The translations under genes were made by a program, and so were the position numbers. Positions 18,590 to 28,647 of a DNA stretch of 32,000 nt are shown piece by piece (the stretch's first letter is position 1; each line of letters starts with the position of its first letter). This DNA is from Candidatus Arthromitus sp. SFB-rat-Yit. GTDB lineage: Bacteria; Bacillota; Clostridia; Clostridiales; Clostridiaceae. The stretch is taken from assembly GCF_000283555.1 (NCBI RefSeq), contig NC_016012.1:1483557-1515556 (forward strand), in the 5' to 3' direction. The notes beneath the pieces are model-generated. The model did no database searches, was not told the DNA's origin, and saw nothing but the letters and a program-made list of their open reading frames with translations.

Positions 18590-19582
18590 ATGAGTTTATA
18601 TAAATTAAATTCTCCTTTTATAAACTATACTTTAATTGATAATAATTTTATTGATAATTTCCTACCAAACACACGTGGAGAATATGTAAAAATCTATATA
18701 CTTATTCTTAAGTATGCATCTTCTGGAGAAATGGGTTTTGACACCTCTTTTATTGCTAAAACACTTAATTTATTGGAATCAGATGTTAAAAACGCTCTCA
18801 ATTATTGGGATAATTTGGGATTAATAAAAATATCAACTATAGACAATAAGGTTTCTAATATAGAGTTTACTCAATTTTCAGATTTAAATAATTACCCGTC
18901 ATCATTGAATTTAATAAATCAGATAACTGACAATAACCTTATAGATTTTTTTAAAGAAATTGAATCAACTATAGGAAGGCCATTATCACAAAAAGAAATG
19001 GAAACATATATAAACTGGACTAAAAATTACAACTTTTCATATGAGTTAATTTTATATTTAATAAGTTATTGCGTAAATAAAAACAAAAAGGACTTTAGGT
19101 ACATTGAAAAAGTTGCAATCACATGGTCTGATTTAAATATTAACACTCTCGAGCAAGCTATGATATACACAGAAAAAAGAGAAAAACAATTTTATAACAT
19201 AAAAAAAATATTAACTTACATGGGATTGCCTGATACGGAAGTTAGTAAATCACATGAGGAATTATTTAACAAATGGCTTATAACCTATAATATGCCTTTA
19301 GAGCTAATCTATAAAGCGTGTGATATATGTTGTTCGAAATTATCTAAAAATGACCTCAATTATATTGATGGAATACTAAATAATTTCAAAAATTCAAATG
19401 TGTTTTCTATTGAAGATTTTAATAAGTATGAATCAAATAAAAATTTAATATCTAAAACTTCTTCAAATAAATCTATCAATAAAAATTCATTTTCAAATTT
19501 CCCGCAAAGAAGTTATGATTATGATAAACTTGAAAAAATATTAACACAAAATACATATGAGGAAAATAATACAGATGATTAA
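18590..19582 (+). CDS. DnaD domain-containing replication protein
   Basis: N-terminal winged-helix-like region and DnaD-like repeats (FFKEIESTIGRPLSQKEMETYINWTKNYNFSYELILYLISYC); adjacent DnaC-like loader. Confidence 0.82.
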   Translation: MSLYKLNSPFINYTLIDNNFIDNFLPNTRGEYVKIYILILKYASSGEMGFDTSFIAKTLNLLESDVKNALNYWDNLGLIKISTIDNKVSNIEFTQFSDLNNYPSSLNLINQITDNNLIDFFKEIESTIGRPLSQKEMETYINWTKNYNFSYELILYLISYCVNKNKKDFRYIEKVAITWSDLNINTLEQAMIYTEKREKQFYNIKKILTYMGLPDTEVSKSHEELFNKWLITYNMPLELIYKACDICCSKLSKNDLNYIDGILNNFKNSNVFSIEDFNKYESNKNLISKTSSNKSINKNSFSNFPQRSYDYDKLEKILTQNTYEENNTDD

Positions 19583-20555
19583 AGGATATGGTGAAAAATT
19601 AGATAAGTTATATCAAGAGATAAGATATAACAACTCAAAAAAGCAAAATATCAGATTAAAAAATATATGTACTACTAATCCAGAAATTTTAACCCTAAAA
19701 AATAATATAAAAATTTTATCATTTCAGTTAATGAAATCACCTAATTCAAATAACTCCAATCAATTGAAATTAAAAATAAATGAAATTAGATCAAAAATTA
19801 AAAATATACTAAATGATTTAAATTTACCTGAAAATTACTTGGATACTATATATACATGCTCTTTATGTAATGATACAGGGTATATACTTACACAAAAATG
19901 TTCTTGTTTAATTTCAAATTTAACTAAACTATATTTAAAAGAATCAGAATTAAAGTTATCTATAATTAACAATAATTTTGAAAATTTCAATTTCTCTTTT
20001 TATTCTGATGATATCATTAAAAATAGCACAATATCGCCAAGCACAAATATCAAAAACATATATGCTAATATTTTAACCTATATAAAAACATTTAAAACAA
20101 ACAAATTAAACTTATTATTTAACGGTGAATGTGGTAGCGGTAAAACATTTATGACTCACTGTATAGCTAAAGATTTATTGGATAGTGGTTATTCAGTTTT
20201 ATATAAAACTTCAGAAGATTTATTTACAGAATTATTTAATTATTCTAACAATAAAATCGTTAATAGATTTAATGAAAGTATTAATGATTCGTTTTTAATA
20301 CAATGTGATCTCCTTATAATTGATGACCTTGGTACAGAAAATCAAAACAAATTATATCCCTCAATCTTTTTTAACTTTATTAACAAAAAATTGTTTTTAA
20401 ATAAAAAAATGATTATTTCTACAAATTTTACTCTAAGAGACTTACAACAAACATACTCTGATAGAATATTTTCCCGTATTATAGGAAATTTCAAAGTTTA
20501 TAATTTCTTTGTGCACGAAGATATAAGAATTCAACAAAAACAGATTAAGAGGTAG
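19575..20555 (+). CDS. DnaC/DnaI-like helicase-loader ATPase
   Basis: CSLCNDTGYILTQKCSC zinc motif, Walker A NGECGSGKTFMTHCIA, Walker B LLIIDDLGTE; ATG at 19575 overlaps the upstream gene. Confidence 0.88.
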   Translation: MIKGYGEKLDKLYQEIRYNNSKKQNIRLKNICTTNPEILTLKNNIKILSFQLMKSPNSNNSNQLKLKINEIRSKIKNILNDLNLPENYLDTIYTCSLCNDTGYILTQKCSCLISNLTKLYLKESELKLSIINNNFENFNFSFYSDDIIKNSTISPSTNIKNIYANILTYIKTFKTNKLNLLFNGECGSGKTFMTHCIAKDLLDSGYSVLYKTSEDLFTELFNYSNNKIVNRFNESINDSFLIQCDLLIIDDLGTENQNKLYPSIFFNFINKKLFLNKKMIISTNFTLRDLQQTYSDRIFSRIIGNFKVYNFFVHEDIRIQQKQIKR

Positions 20556-20582
20556 GGGTAAAACCCTACCTCTTAATCTGTT
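20539..20582. terminator. Bidirectional terminator shared by dnaC-like gene and rpsR
   Basis: aacagattaagaggtaggg-gtaaaa-ccctacctcttaatctgtt: 19-bp perfect arms, both stop codons within the stem. Confidence 0.88.
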
Positions 20583-20857
20583 GTAAAAGGAAGTAGAACT
20601 ATATTTCTAGCAAGTTTTATAGCTCTTGTAACTTCTCTTTGATGTTTAGCACAAGCACCTGATATTCTTCTTGGTAAAATCTTACCTCTTTCTGTAATAA
20701 ATTTCCTTAATTTATTAACATCTTTATAATCTATAAAATTAGACTTTTCAACACAAAAAGAGCATACTTTTTTTCTGGTTTTTCTCAGTCTAAAACCATT
20801 CTTTTTAACTTCTTGCTGTTTATTGTTCACGTTAGATGTTGAGTTGTTATTATTCAC
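20573..20857 (-). CDS. rpsR: 30S ribosomal protein S18
   Basis: [62 protein letters not shown]. Confidence 0.97.
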   Translation of the reverse strand: MNNNNSTSNVNNKQQEVKKNGFRLRKTRKKVCSFCVEKSNFIDYKDVNKLRKFITERGKILPRRISGACAKHQREVTRAIKLARNIVLLPFTTD

Positions 20858-20874
20858 TATCTCACCTCCAATTT

Positions 20875-21306
20875 TTAAAACGGTACATCCTCATCAATCA
20901 ATGTCATTTCATCACTCATAGGAATATCTCCATAATCAATAGAATTTCCAAAATCACTGTTGTTTTGCGTATTACTATTAGAAGATTTATTCCCCCAATC
21001 TATAAATGAAACTTCATCTGCTACAACTTCTGTTATATACCTTTTATTATTATCTTTATCGGCATATGTTCTAGTCTGAATCCTTCCAGAAACAGCAAAT
21101 TTACATCCCTTATTTATGTAATTAGCAGTAGCTTCTGCTTGCTTCCCCCAAATTACAACTTGTATAAAATCTGTTGTTTTGGGTTGTTCTTTTGAGGTTA
21201 CTTTTCTATCAATAGCTAAAGTAACCGTTGATACTGCCGTACCATTAGGTGTAAACCTTAACTCTGGGTCTTTAGTCAACCTTCCTATCAATATTACTTT
21301 ATTCAT
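20875..21306 (-). CDS. ssb: Single-stranded DNA-binding protein
   Basis: [34 protein letters not shown]; acidic tail ending [10 protein letters not shown]. Confidence 0.97.
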   Translation of the reverse strand: MNKVILIGRLTKDPELRFTPNGTAVSTVTLAIDRKVTSKEQPKTTDFIQVVIWGKQAEATANYINKGCKFAVSGRIQTRTYADKDNNKRYITEVVADEVSFIDWGNKSSNSNTQNNSDFGNSIDYGDIPMSDEMTLIDEDVPF

Positions 21307-21315
21307 GAATAACCT

Positions 21316-21600
21316 CTATCTTCTGTTGACTATTATATGTCTTATAATATCATCCATTATTTTTAAGTTTCTATCTAATTCTTTTGGTAATTCTTCATTG
21401 CTTACAAAGTTTATTAAAACAAAATATCCTTCATTCTTCCTGTTTATTTCATAAGCTAACCTTTTCTTTCCCCAATGATCAATATTTTCTATATTCCCAT
21501 TGTAGCTCTCTATAATATGAGTAACCTTATCTATAACGCTAGCTATTCTCTCCTCAGTACTATCTGCATTAAGTATAAAAACAGTTTCATATTTCTTCAT
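21316..21600 (-). CDS. rpsF: 30S ribosomal protein S6
   Basis: MKKYETVFILNADSTEERIASVIDKVTHIIESYNGNIENIDHWGKKRLAYEINRKNEGYFVLINF. Confidence 0.97.
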   Translation of the reverse strand: MKKYETVFILNADSTEERIASVIDKVTHIIESYNGNIENIDHWGKKRLAYEINRKNEGYFVLINFVSNEELPKELDRNLKIMDDIIRHIIVNRR

Positions 21601-21693
21601 ATTCTCACCTCCCTCCGGACTTAAGGCTACATAATTTTATGTAGCAGGGAAACATAGATATTATATCATTTTAAAAGTTTATAATCAAACTAT

Positions 21694-21927
21694 TTATAAT
21701 TTCTTTTTGTTTATATTGTCATATATATATTTAATTAATATATTTTTTTCTTCAAGAATTTTAATTGAATTTTCAAAATCCTTTCTGTATATACCAATTC
21801 CAATACCGCAACTATTAGTTATATGTGTAGGTACAGGAACTATATTTAATTTTATTGACATTTGAGTTAAAATCTCTTCACATTTTAAAGCTCTATGTGT
21901 ATTAGAAAAAATTAATATGTATTCCAT
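21694..21927 (-). CDS. DUF3343 domain-containing protein (putative Se/S carrier-like)
   Basis: MEYILIFSNTHRALKCEEILTQMSIKLNIVPVPTHITNSCGIGI: DUF3343-like; divergent from a class V aminotransferase. Confidence 0.75.
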   Translation of the reverse strand: MEYILIFSNTHRALKCEEILTQMSIKLNIVPVPTHITNSCGIGIGIYRKDFENSIKILEEKNILIKYIYDNINKKKL

Positions 21928-21990
21928 TTTTTTATTAACTCCTTTAACTTACTATATTATTTTTGTTATATTATAATTGGGTGATAATTT

Positions 21991-23169
21991 ATGAATTTGT
22001 ATTTCGATAATTCTTCAACAAGTTTTCCGAAACCAAAAATTGTAATTGATTCTATAAATAATTTTACTTCAAATATTGGAGCTAGTCCAAATAGGGGGTG
22101 TTATGACTCATCAATAAAATCTAGTAAAATTCTTTTTGAATGCCGAGAGTTATTATGTGATTTTCTGCATTACACCTCTCCTGAGAATATAGTTTTTTCG
22201 TATAATGCAACTTATGCATTTAATATATTGCTTCAAAGTATTATGAACTCAAAATTTTTTTATGATAAGCCACATTTTTTAGTTTCAAATTTGGATCATA
22301 ATTCTACATTAAGACCATTAATTAATTTAAAAAATAAAAAAATAATAGATTTGGATTTTATAAATTGTACTAAAAATAATTTTATAGATTTTGATGATCT
22401 ATGCTCTAAAATAAAACCTGAAACGAAATTTGTAATAATATCCCACATGTCTAACGTTTTAGGTAATATCCAGGATTTAAACAGACTATCTAATATTTGT
22501 AAAAATTATAAAATTTTTTTAATTTTAGATGTAGCTCAAAGCATAGGTCTTTTAGATATAAATTTAAGTAAAATTTATTTTTCTGCTTTGATTTTTACAG
22601 GCCACAAAAACTTATTTTCAACTTCTGGTATAGGAGGTTTTGTTATATCTGATGAGCTTTTAAATTTATGTGACAATTATTTTCTGGGTGGTACCGGAAG
22701 TTTATCTTCATCATTATTATCAAATTCAGATATGCCTGATTATTTTGAAGTCGGTACTCATAATATGATTGGAGTATGTTCTTTAATGAGCGGTATTAAG
22801 TTTATAATAAATTATGGTTTAGATTTTATATATTCCAAAAAAAAGGATGTTCTTAAAAGTATATATGATAAAATATGTAATATCGATGATATAATTGTTC
22901 TTAATGACGTTTTTTTAGATAATCAAAATTCTAATATATGTATTAATTTTAAGAATTTATCTCCAGATATAGCATCGCACATGTTAAATAAACACTATGG
23001 TATTTGTGTTAGGTCTGGATTGCATTGCTCTCCTTACACACATAAGATTATTGGTACGTATCCATCCGGTTGCATTCGTATAAGTCCATCGATCTTCAAT
23101 AGTGTTGTTGATATAAATTATTTAATTTCATCTCTGAATAAAATTTGCAATGTTTCACGTGGAACATAG
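21991..23169 (+). CDS. Class V aminotransferase, cysteine desulfurase / selenocysteine lyase-like
   Basis: MNLYFDNSSTSFPKP, PLP-lysine motif FTGHKNLFSTSGIGGFVI, Cys loop GICVRSGLHCSPYTHKIIGTYPSGCIRIS. Confidence 0.9.
   Translation: MNLYFDNSSTSFPKPKIVIDSINNFTSNIGASPNRGCYDSSIKSSKILFECRELLCDFLHYTSPENIVFSYNATYAFNILLQSIMNSKFFYDKPHFLVSNLDHNSTLRPLINLKNKKIIDLDFINCTKNNFIDFDDLCSKIKPETKFVIISHMSNVLGNIQDLNRLSNICKNYKIFLILDVAQSIGLLDINLSKIYFSALIFTGHKNLFSTSGIGGFVISDELLNLCDNYFLGGTGSLSSSLLSNSDMPDYFEVGTHNMIGVCSLMSGIKFIINYGLDFIYSKKKDVLKSIYDKICNIDDIIVLNDVFLDNQNSNICINFKNLSPDIASHMLNKHYGICVRSGLHCSPYTHKIIGTYPSGCIRISPSIFNSVVDINYLISSLNKICNVSRGT
23151..23166. promoter_or_regulatory. parS centromere site
   Basis: TGTTTCACGTGGAACA: 15/16 identical to palindromic parS TGTTTCACGTGAAACA; 14 bp upstream of parA start. 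Confidence 0.9.
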
Positions 23170-23180
23170 AAGGTGGTATT

Positions 23181-23957
23181 ATGAAAAAAATATGTGTATT
23201 TAATCAAAAAGGTGGTGTTGGTAAGACAACTACAAACATAAATTTAGCTAGTTATCTTGCTTTGGAGGGTTTTAAAATTTTGGTTGTTGATATGGATCCC
23301 CAAGGTAATGCTTCTAGTGGTTTAGGTATAGATAAGAATAATCTCAACTCTTCTATATATGACTTATTTGTTTCTGATAAAGATCTAAATTCATTGATAA
23401 TTGAGAGCGATATAATTAAAAATTTATACATTGTTCCTTCGAGTATAAATCTTGCTGCTGCAGAGGTTGAACTTGCTAATATGAAGAATAGAGAGTTTTT
23501 GCTTAAAGATTCATTTTCTAAACTAAATGGTTTTTTTGATTTTGTTTTTATTGATTGCCCTCCTTCTTTAGGTTTTTTAAGTTTAAATTCTCTTGTTGCT
23601 AGTGATAGTCTTATAATTCCTATACAGTGTGAATTCTATGCTTTAGAGGGGTTAAGTCAATTGATAAATACTATAAGTCTTGTTAATCAATCTCTTAATA
23701 AAAAATTATACATAGAAGGTGTAATTTTAAATATGTTTGATTCACGTGCAAATCTTAGTAATGAGGTTGTTTCTGAGGTTAATAATTTTTTTGAGGATAA
23801 AGTGTACTCTACTATAATACCTAGAAATATTAAGCTTGCTGAGTCTCCTAGTTACGGTCTTCCGATTATGTTATATGATGAAAAATGTAAAGGGGCTATT
23901 TCTTATAAAAATTTAGCTAAAGAATTTATTTGCAGACAAAGGAGGAGTGGTTTATGA
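23181..23957 (+). CDS. parA: Chromosome partitioning ATPase ParA (Soj)
   Basis: MKKICVFNQKGGVGKTTTNINLASYLAL; ATG at 23181 with RBS aggtgg. Confidence 0.97.
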   Translation: MKKICVFNQKGGVGKTTTNINLASYLALEGFKILVVDMDPQGNASSGLGIDKNNLNSSIYDLFVSDKDLNSLIIESDIIKNLYIVPSSINLAAAEVELANMKNREFLLKDSFSKLNGFFDFVFIDCPPSLGFLSLNSLVASDSLIIPIQCEFYALEGLSQLINTISLVNQSLNKKLYIEGVILNMFDSRANLSNEVVSEVNNFFEDKVYSTIIPRNIKLAESPSYGLPIMLYDEKCKGAISYKNLAKEFICRQRRSGL

Positions 23958-24808
23958 AAAAAAATGTTCTTGGTAAGGGTTTAAATTCTCTGATACCAAA
24001 TTATGATAATAGTAATATTAATTATATTTTTATAGATATTGATTTAATCTGTGCAAATATTAATCAACCTCGTAAACATTTTAATGATTCTACTTTAAAT
24101 GAGTTGAGCGAATCTATTAAAATACACGGCATAATTCAACCATTAATCGTTAGCGAATTTGATAATAAATATTTAATAATCGCTGGCGAACGCAGGTACA
24201 GAGCTGCTAAAATGATAAATCTCAAAAAACTTCCTTGTATAATTGTTGAAAAATCAACTAGCGAAATACTTGAGTTATCTTTAATTGAAAACATACAAAG
24301 AGATGATTTGAATCCAATAGAAGAAGCTAGGGCATTTAAGAATCTTATAGATAACTTTAATATTACTCAAGAACGTTTATCTGATAGATTATCAATATCA
24401 AGAACTGCTATTACAAATAAGTTGCGATTATTAAATTTATCTTCTATTGTTCAAGATTACATATTAAATTATGATATAACAGAAGGACATGGTAAGGTTT
24501 TAGCTGGTATAAAAGATGAGTATCTTCAATTAGAAATATCTAATAAAATAATAGATGAGGATTTAAGTGTAAGGGAGACTGAAAGAATAATTCAATCTTT
24601 ATTTTCAAAGAGTAAAGATAAAAACAAAGATAAGGTTTGTTCTAAAAATGATATCTATATAAATAATTTAAAATTAAATTTAGAAAACTATTTTGGGACA
24701 AAGGTATCAATAAATACAAAAAAAAATAAAGGTAATATTCAAATAGAATATTACTCAACAGAAGATTTGAATAGAATATTAGATTTAATATACTCTAAAG
24801 ATATGTGA
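23954..24808 (+). CDS. parB: Chromosome partitioning protein ParB (Spo0J)
   Basis: MKKNVLGKGLNSLIP, NQPRKHFN, GERRYRAAKM, ENIQRDDLNPIEEARAF; ATGA overlap with parA. Confidence 0.97.
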   Translation: MKKNVLGKGLNSLIPNYDNSNINYIFIDIDLICANINQPRKHFNDSTLNELSESIKIHGIIQPLIVSEFDNKYLIIAGERRYRAAKMINLKKLPCIIVEKSTSEILELSLIENIQRDDLNPIEEARAFKNLIDNFNITQERLSDRLSISRTAITNKLRLLNLSSIVQDYILNYDITEGHGKVLAGIKDEYLQLEISNKIIDEDLSVRETERIIQSLFSKSKDKNKDKVCSKNDIYINNLKLNLENYFGTKVSINTKKNKGNIQIEYYSTEDLNRILDLIYSKDM

Positions 24809-25218
24809 TTTATATCAAAATACTCTTTTATGTTTTCATTTTCATCTAAAAAGATATTTAACAACAACGTTAAGTATCTTTTTATTTTTTTGTCATTATT
24901 TTCTTTGACGCTCTGATTTAATTGTCTTATATATTTAGTTTTATTTCTGAATAACTTACTATTTTTAAAATTATTTGTATATTCTTTATACTTATCATAT
25001 TGATTATTTTTTTTGATTTGCTTTATTATTTTCTCCTTTTCATCTAAAATTTCTATCCATTTTTTATTTAATTCTGTATCATATTTTTCACTTAACCTTA
25101 AAAATTTCTTCTCTTGATTTAATAATTTTGTTACGCTATATGTATTAACATTGTATATTATCGTAATTATTATTAAATTTATAAAAAATATTTTAATGTA
25201 TTTTGTCAATTTTATCAT
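24751..25218 (-). CDS. Hypothetical membrane-anchored coiled-coil-like protein
   Basis: 155 aa ORF with N-terminal TM (YIKIFFINLIIITIIYNV) and charged helical remainder; 3' end overlaps parB by 58 nt. Confidence 0.5.
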   Translation of the reverse strand: MIKLTKYIKIFFINLIIITIIYNVNTYSVTKLLNQEKKFLRLSEKYDTELNKKWIEILDEKEKIIKQIKKNNQYDKYKEYTNNFKNSKLFRNKTKYIRQLNQSVKENNDKKIKRYLTLLLNIFLDENENIKEYFDINHISLEYIKSNILFKSSVE

Positions 25219-25330
25219 CTCCTTAATTAATATTTTATCTAATATAATTTTAATTATTCTATTATTTTAAATCATATTTCTTAATATTTAACATAACCTT
25301 ATTGGTGTAGTAATATTTGGAGATACTCTT

Positions 25331-26032
25331 ATGAAAATAAATGAAAATTTAGTTAAGTATAATTTTTCTTCAAGACAAGGAACTAAAATAGAATATATTG
25401 TTATACATGATACAGGAAATACTTCTAAAGGTGCTGATGCAAATGCTCATTTTTCATTTTTTAATTCTGGAGATAAGCAATCATCTGCTCATTACTTCGT
25501 GGATGATACTCAAATATTAAGAATTATTAAAGATTCAGATAAATCATGGCATTGTGGAGATGGGAAAGGTAAGTATGGTATAACAAACGAAAATAGTATT
25601 GGAATTGAAATGTGTATCAATGTTGATGGTGATTTTAGTATAACATTAGATAAAACAATTGAACTAACAGCCTATCTTATGGATAAATATGATATACCCC
25701 TAAAAAATGTCGTAAGACACTATGACGCAAGTAGAAAAATTTGTCCAAATATAATGAGTAAAAATAACTGGGTTTTATGGTATGAATTTAAGTCAGATCT
25801 AAATAGTTGCTATAATAATTTGATTTCTGATTATAATACAATAATTATCTCAGATAATATAAATAATTTTATCGATAATGTTTATATAGTGTTTTTATAT
25901 AGGCACCCTGATAGTGAAGGTAAAAAGTTTTGGTATAATAAAATAAAATCTAAAAAATCAACAGTAGAAGATTTTGTTAATTCTTTAATGAGTAGTCAAG
26001 AATTTTCAGAGATTAAATCTATCTATATATAA
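25331..26032 (+). CDS. N-acetylmuramoyl-L-alanine amidase (Amidase_2) with C-terminal DUF4214 domain
   Basis: IEYIVIHDTGN...SSAHYFVDD...WHCGDGKGKYGITNENSIGIEMC...VVRHYDASRKICP plus C-terminal FIDNVYIVFLYRHPDSEGKKFWYNKI...FVNSLMSSQEFSE. Confidence 0.88.
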   Translation: MKINENLVKYNFSSRQGTKIEYIVIHDTGNTSKGADANAHFSFFNSGDKQSSAHYFVDDTQILRIIKDSDKSWHCGDGKGKYGITNENSIGIEMCINVDGDFSITLDKTIELTAYLMDKYDIPLKNVVRHYDASRKICPNIMSKNNWVLWYEFKSDLNSCYNNLISDYNTIIISDNINNFIDNVYIVFLYRHPDSEGKKFWYNKIKSKKSTVEDFVNSLMSSQEFSEIKSIYI

Positions 26033-26035
26033 AAA

Positions 26036-26068
26036 TTATAGTGAAGGCTCTATGAGCCTTCACTATAA
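26036..26068. terminator. Terminator between amidase gene and rsmG (convergent)
   Basis: ttatagtgaaggctc-tat-gagccttcactataa followed by acttttttt; 15-bp perfect arms; contains rsmG stop codon. Confidence 0.9.
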
Positions 26069-26764
26069 ACTTTTTTTGTCTACTATTCTATATTCTCTTG
26101 GATAAAAATCAGGTGTTTTAAATAATTTATTTATTACTATTAAATTACTATTAAATTCTGGTATATTTATTATTTTTTCACTATTCCCACCTAATATTTT
26201 AATAGCTTTTGTTGCTTCTTCTAATTCTTCCTTTGCTTTTAATCCTTTTAGAGCTATATATTTACCATTTATTTTTACTAATGGAAATGATAATTCTAAT
26301 AATTTATTTAATCTTGCCATTGCTCTTGATAAAACATAATCATATTTCTCTCTAAAATCTTTATCTCGTGATAAATCTTCAACTCTACTATCTATTGCTT
26401 TTATATTTTTTAAATCTAATACTCTTATTATTTTATATAAAAAAATCACTTTTTTTGTGGTTGACTCTATCAAATCTACACTAAGGTCATCTCTTATTAT
26501 TTTTATAGGTATTCCTGGAAATCCTGCACCACTTCCAACATCACATAATTTAGTATTATGCTTAATTTTGTAATTCAATATTAATATAGAATCCAAAAAA
26601 TGTCTTGATATAATCTTATCTCTATCATTTATGGCTGTTAAATTAAATTTTTTGTTGTATTCTATTAAAGTTTCCATATATATATTAAATTTTTCATACA
26701 TTTCAACTGTAAAATCAATTTTTAATTTCTCACAAAATTTTTTCATAGTATCAAAATATTCCAT
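26063..26764 (-). CDS. rsmG: 16S rRNA (guanine(527)-N(7))-methyltransferase
   Basis: LTAINDRDKIISRHFLDSI, KLCDVGSGAGFPGIPIKI, DYVLSRAMARLNKLLELSFPLVKINGKYIALKG. Confidence 0.96.
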   Translation of the reverse strand: MEYFDTMKKFCEKLKIDFTVEMYEKFNIYMETLIEYNKKFNLTAINDRDKIISRHFLDSILILNYKIKHNTKLCDVGSGAGFPGIPIKIIRDDLSVDLIESTTKKVIFLYKIIRVLDLKNIKAIDSRVEDLSRDKDFREKYDYVLSRAMARLNKLLELSFPLVKINGKYIALKGLKAKEELEEATKAIKILGGNSEKIINIPEFNSNLIVINKLFKTPDFYPREYRIVDKKSL

Positions 26765-26765
26765 T

Positions 26766-28640
26766 TCATCTCCTCCTCATAAGCTCAATATATAATATTA
26801 AAACTGATATATCTGCAGGAGATACTCCGGATATCCTCATTGCTTGACCTATACTAATTGGTTTTATTGCCTTTAATTTTTGAATTGCTTCTCGTCTTAA
26901 TCCTTTAATATCTGTATAATTCAAATCCGATGGAATTAATTTATTTTCCATTTTTTTAAAATTCTTAACTTCATCCTCTTGTTTTTTTATATATCCATCA
27001 TATTTTATCATTATATTAATTTGTTCAATTACATCCTTATCTATTTTAGGTCTATTTTTATCCAGCTTATATAACATATCATAATCTAGTTCAGTTCTTT
27101 TAATTAATTCGTATAAAGTTGTCGGTTTTCTCAGTGATTTTGAGTTCATTGATTCTAATATTTCATTGATTTCCGTGGAGTTATTTATTCGTAAATTTTT
27201 TATTCTGTTTAATTCCTCGTTTAAACTTTTTAATTTATGATTAAATATAGAATATCTTTCTTCGTCTACTAATCCAATTTCATAACCTTTATGTGTTAAC
27301 CTTGCATCAGCGTTATCTTGTCTTAATAAAAGCCTATATTCAGCCCTAGATGTCATCATTCTATAAGGTTCATTTGTTCCTTTATTTATAAGATCATCAA
27401 TTAAAACCCCAATATATCCATCACTTCTATCTAATATAAATTGTGATTTATTTTTAATATATAATGCGGCATTAATACCAGCTATTATACCTTGTGCTGC
27501 TGCTTCCTCATATCCAGATGTACCATTAATTTGACCTGCTGAAAATAATCCTCTAATACTTTTAAGTTCAAGTGTGTGTTTAAATTCTTGAGTATCTAAA
27601 ACATCATATTCTATAGCATATCCCGTTCTCATTATCTCGATATTCTCGCATCCTTTTATAGTTCTTATCATTTTAATTTGTATATTTTCTGGTAATGATG
27701 AAGACATTCCTTGAAGATACATTTCATTTGTATTTAATCCCTCTGGTTCTATAAAAATTTGATGCCTATTTTTATCCCCAAATCTCATTATCTTATCTTC
27801 AATAGAGGGGCAATATCTTGGACCAATACCTGTTATTGTTCCATTATAAATAGGGGATTTATCTATATTATTTTTTATTATTTTATGTGTTTCATCATTA
27901 GTGTAAGTTAAATAACAATCCACTTGTTTTACATTTATGTACTTGTTTAAAAATGAAAATGGTATTATATTCTTATCACCTGATTGAATTTCAACTTTTG
28001 AAAAATCAATACTTTTTTTGTTAACCCTAGCTGGTGTCCCTGTTTTAAATCTTCTAATTTTCATTCCTAAATCAATTAATTTATTTGTTAAAAGTTTTGA
28101 ATTTGATAAACCATTAGGTCCCGAGTCAAATATATTATCCCCAATTATAACTTTTGAATTTAAATATACTCCTGTGCAAATTACTATAGATTTACATTTA
28201 AAATAGGAATCTGTTGTGAGTATAACTCCTTTTATTTCATTTTTTTCTATATGTATATCTTTAACTTCTCCTTGAATTATAGATAGATTTTCCTGATTTT
28301 CTAATACGTTTTTCATATGCTTTTGATATTTTAACTTATCTACTTGAAATCTTAAAGAATGAACTGCAGGTCCCTTTGACATATTAAGCATTCTTGCTTG
28401 AATTACACATTTATCTGCAGTTAATCCCATTTGTCCACCTAATGCATCTATTTCCTTTACCAAATGTCCTTTTGCAGTTCCACCTATACTAGGATTACAT
28501 GGCATAAAACCAATTGAATCTAAATTTAATGTTATTAATAAAGTTTTAATACCAATTCTTGAAGAAGCAAGGGCTGCTTCAATTCCTGCGTGTCCACCAC
28601 CTATAACTATTACAGAAAATTCTCCTCTTAAACAACTCAT
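26766..28640 (-). CDS. mnmG: tRNA uridine-5-carboxymethylaminomethyl modification enzyme MnmG (GidA)
   Basis: [42 protein letters not shown], DGPxGLS-like segments, [12 protein letters not shown]-terminus. Confidence 0.97.
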   Translation of the reverse strand: MSCLRGEFSVIVIGGGHAGIEAALASSRIGIKTLLITLNLDSIGFMPCNPSIGGTAKGHLVKEIDALGGQMGLTADKCVIQARMLNMSKGPAVHSLRFQVDKLKYQKHMKNVLENQENLSIIQGEVKDIHIEKNEIKGVILTTDSYFKCKSIVICTGVYLNSKVIIGDNIFDSGPNGLSNSKLLTNKLIDLGMKIRRFKTGTPARVNKKSIDFSKVEIQSGDKNIIPFSFLNKYINVKQVDCYLTYTNDETHKIIKNNIDKSPIYNGTITGIGPRYCPSIEDKIMRFGDKNRHQIFIEPEGLNTNEMYLQGMSSSLPENIQIKMIRTIKGCENIEIMRTGYAIEYDVLDTQEFKHTLELKSIRGLFSAGQINGTSGYEEAAAQGIIAGINAALYIKNKSQFILDRSDGYIGVLIDDLINKGTNEPYRMMTSRAEYRLLLRQDNADARLTHKGYEIGLVDEERYSIFNHKLKSLNEELNRIKNLRINNSTEINEILESMNSKSLRKPTTLYELIKRTELDYDMLYKLDKNRPKIDKDVIEQINIMIKYDGYIKKQEDEVKNFKKMENKLIPSDLNYTDIKGLRREAIQKLKAIKPISIGQAMRISGVSPADISVLILYIELMRRR

Positions 28641-28647
28641 AAATTAC

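Noticed and set aside
18621-18636. CACGTGG in the DnaD-like gene as a second parS
   Set aside because: Only the core CACGTG matches; flanks (acacacgtggagaat) do not form the TGTTNCAC...GTGAAACA palindrome.
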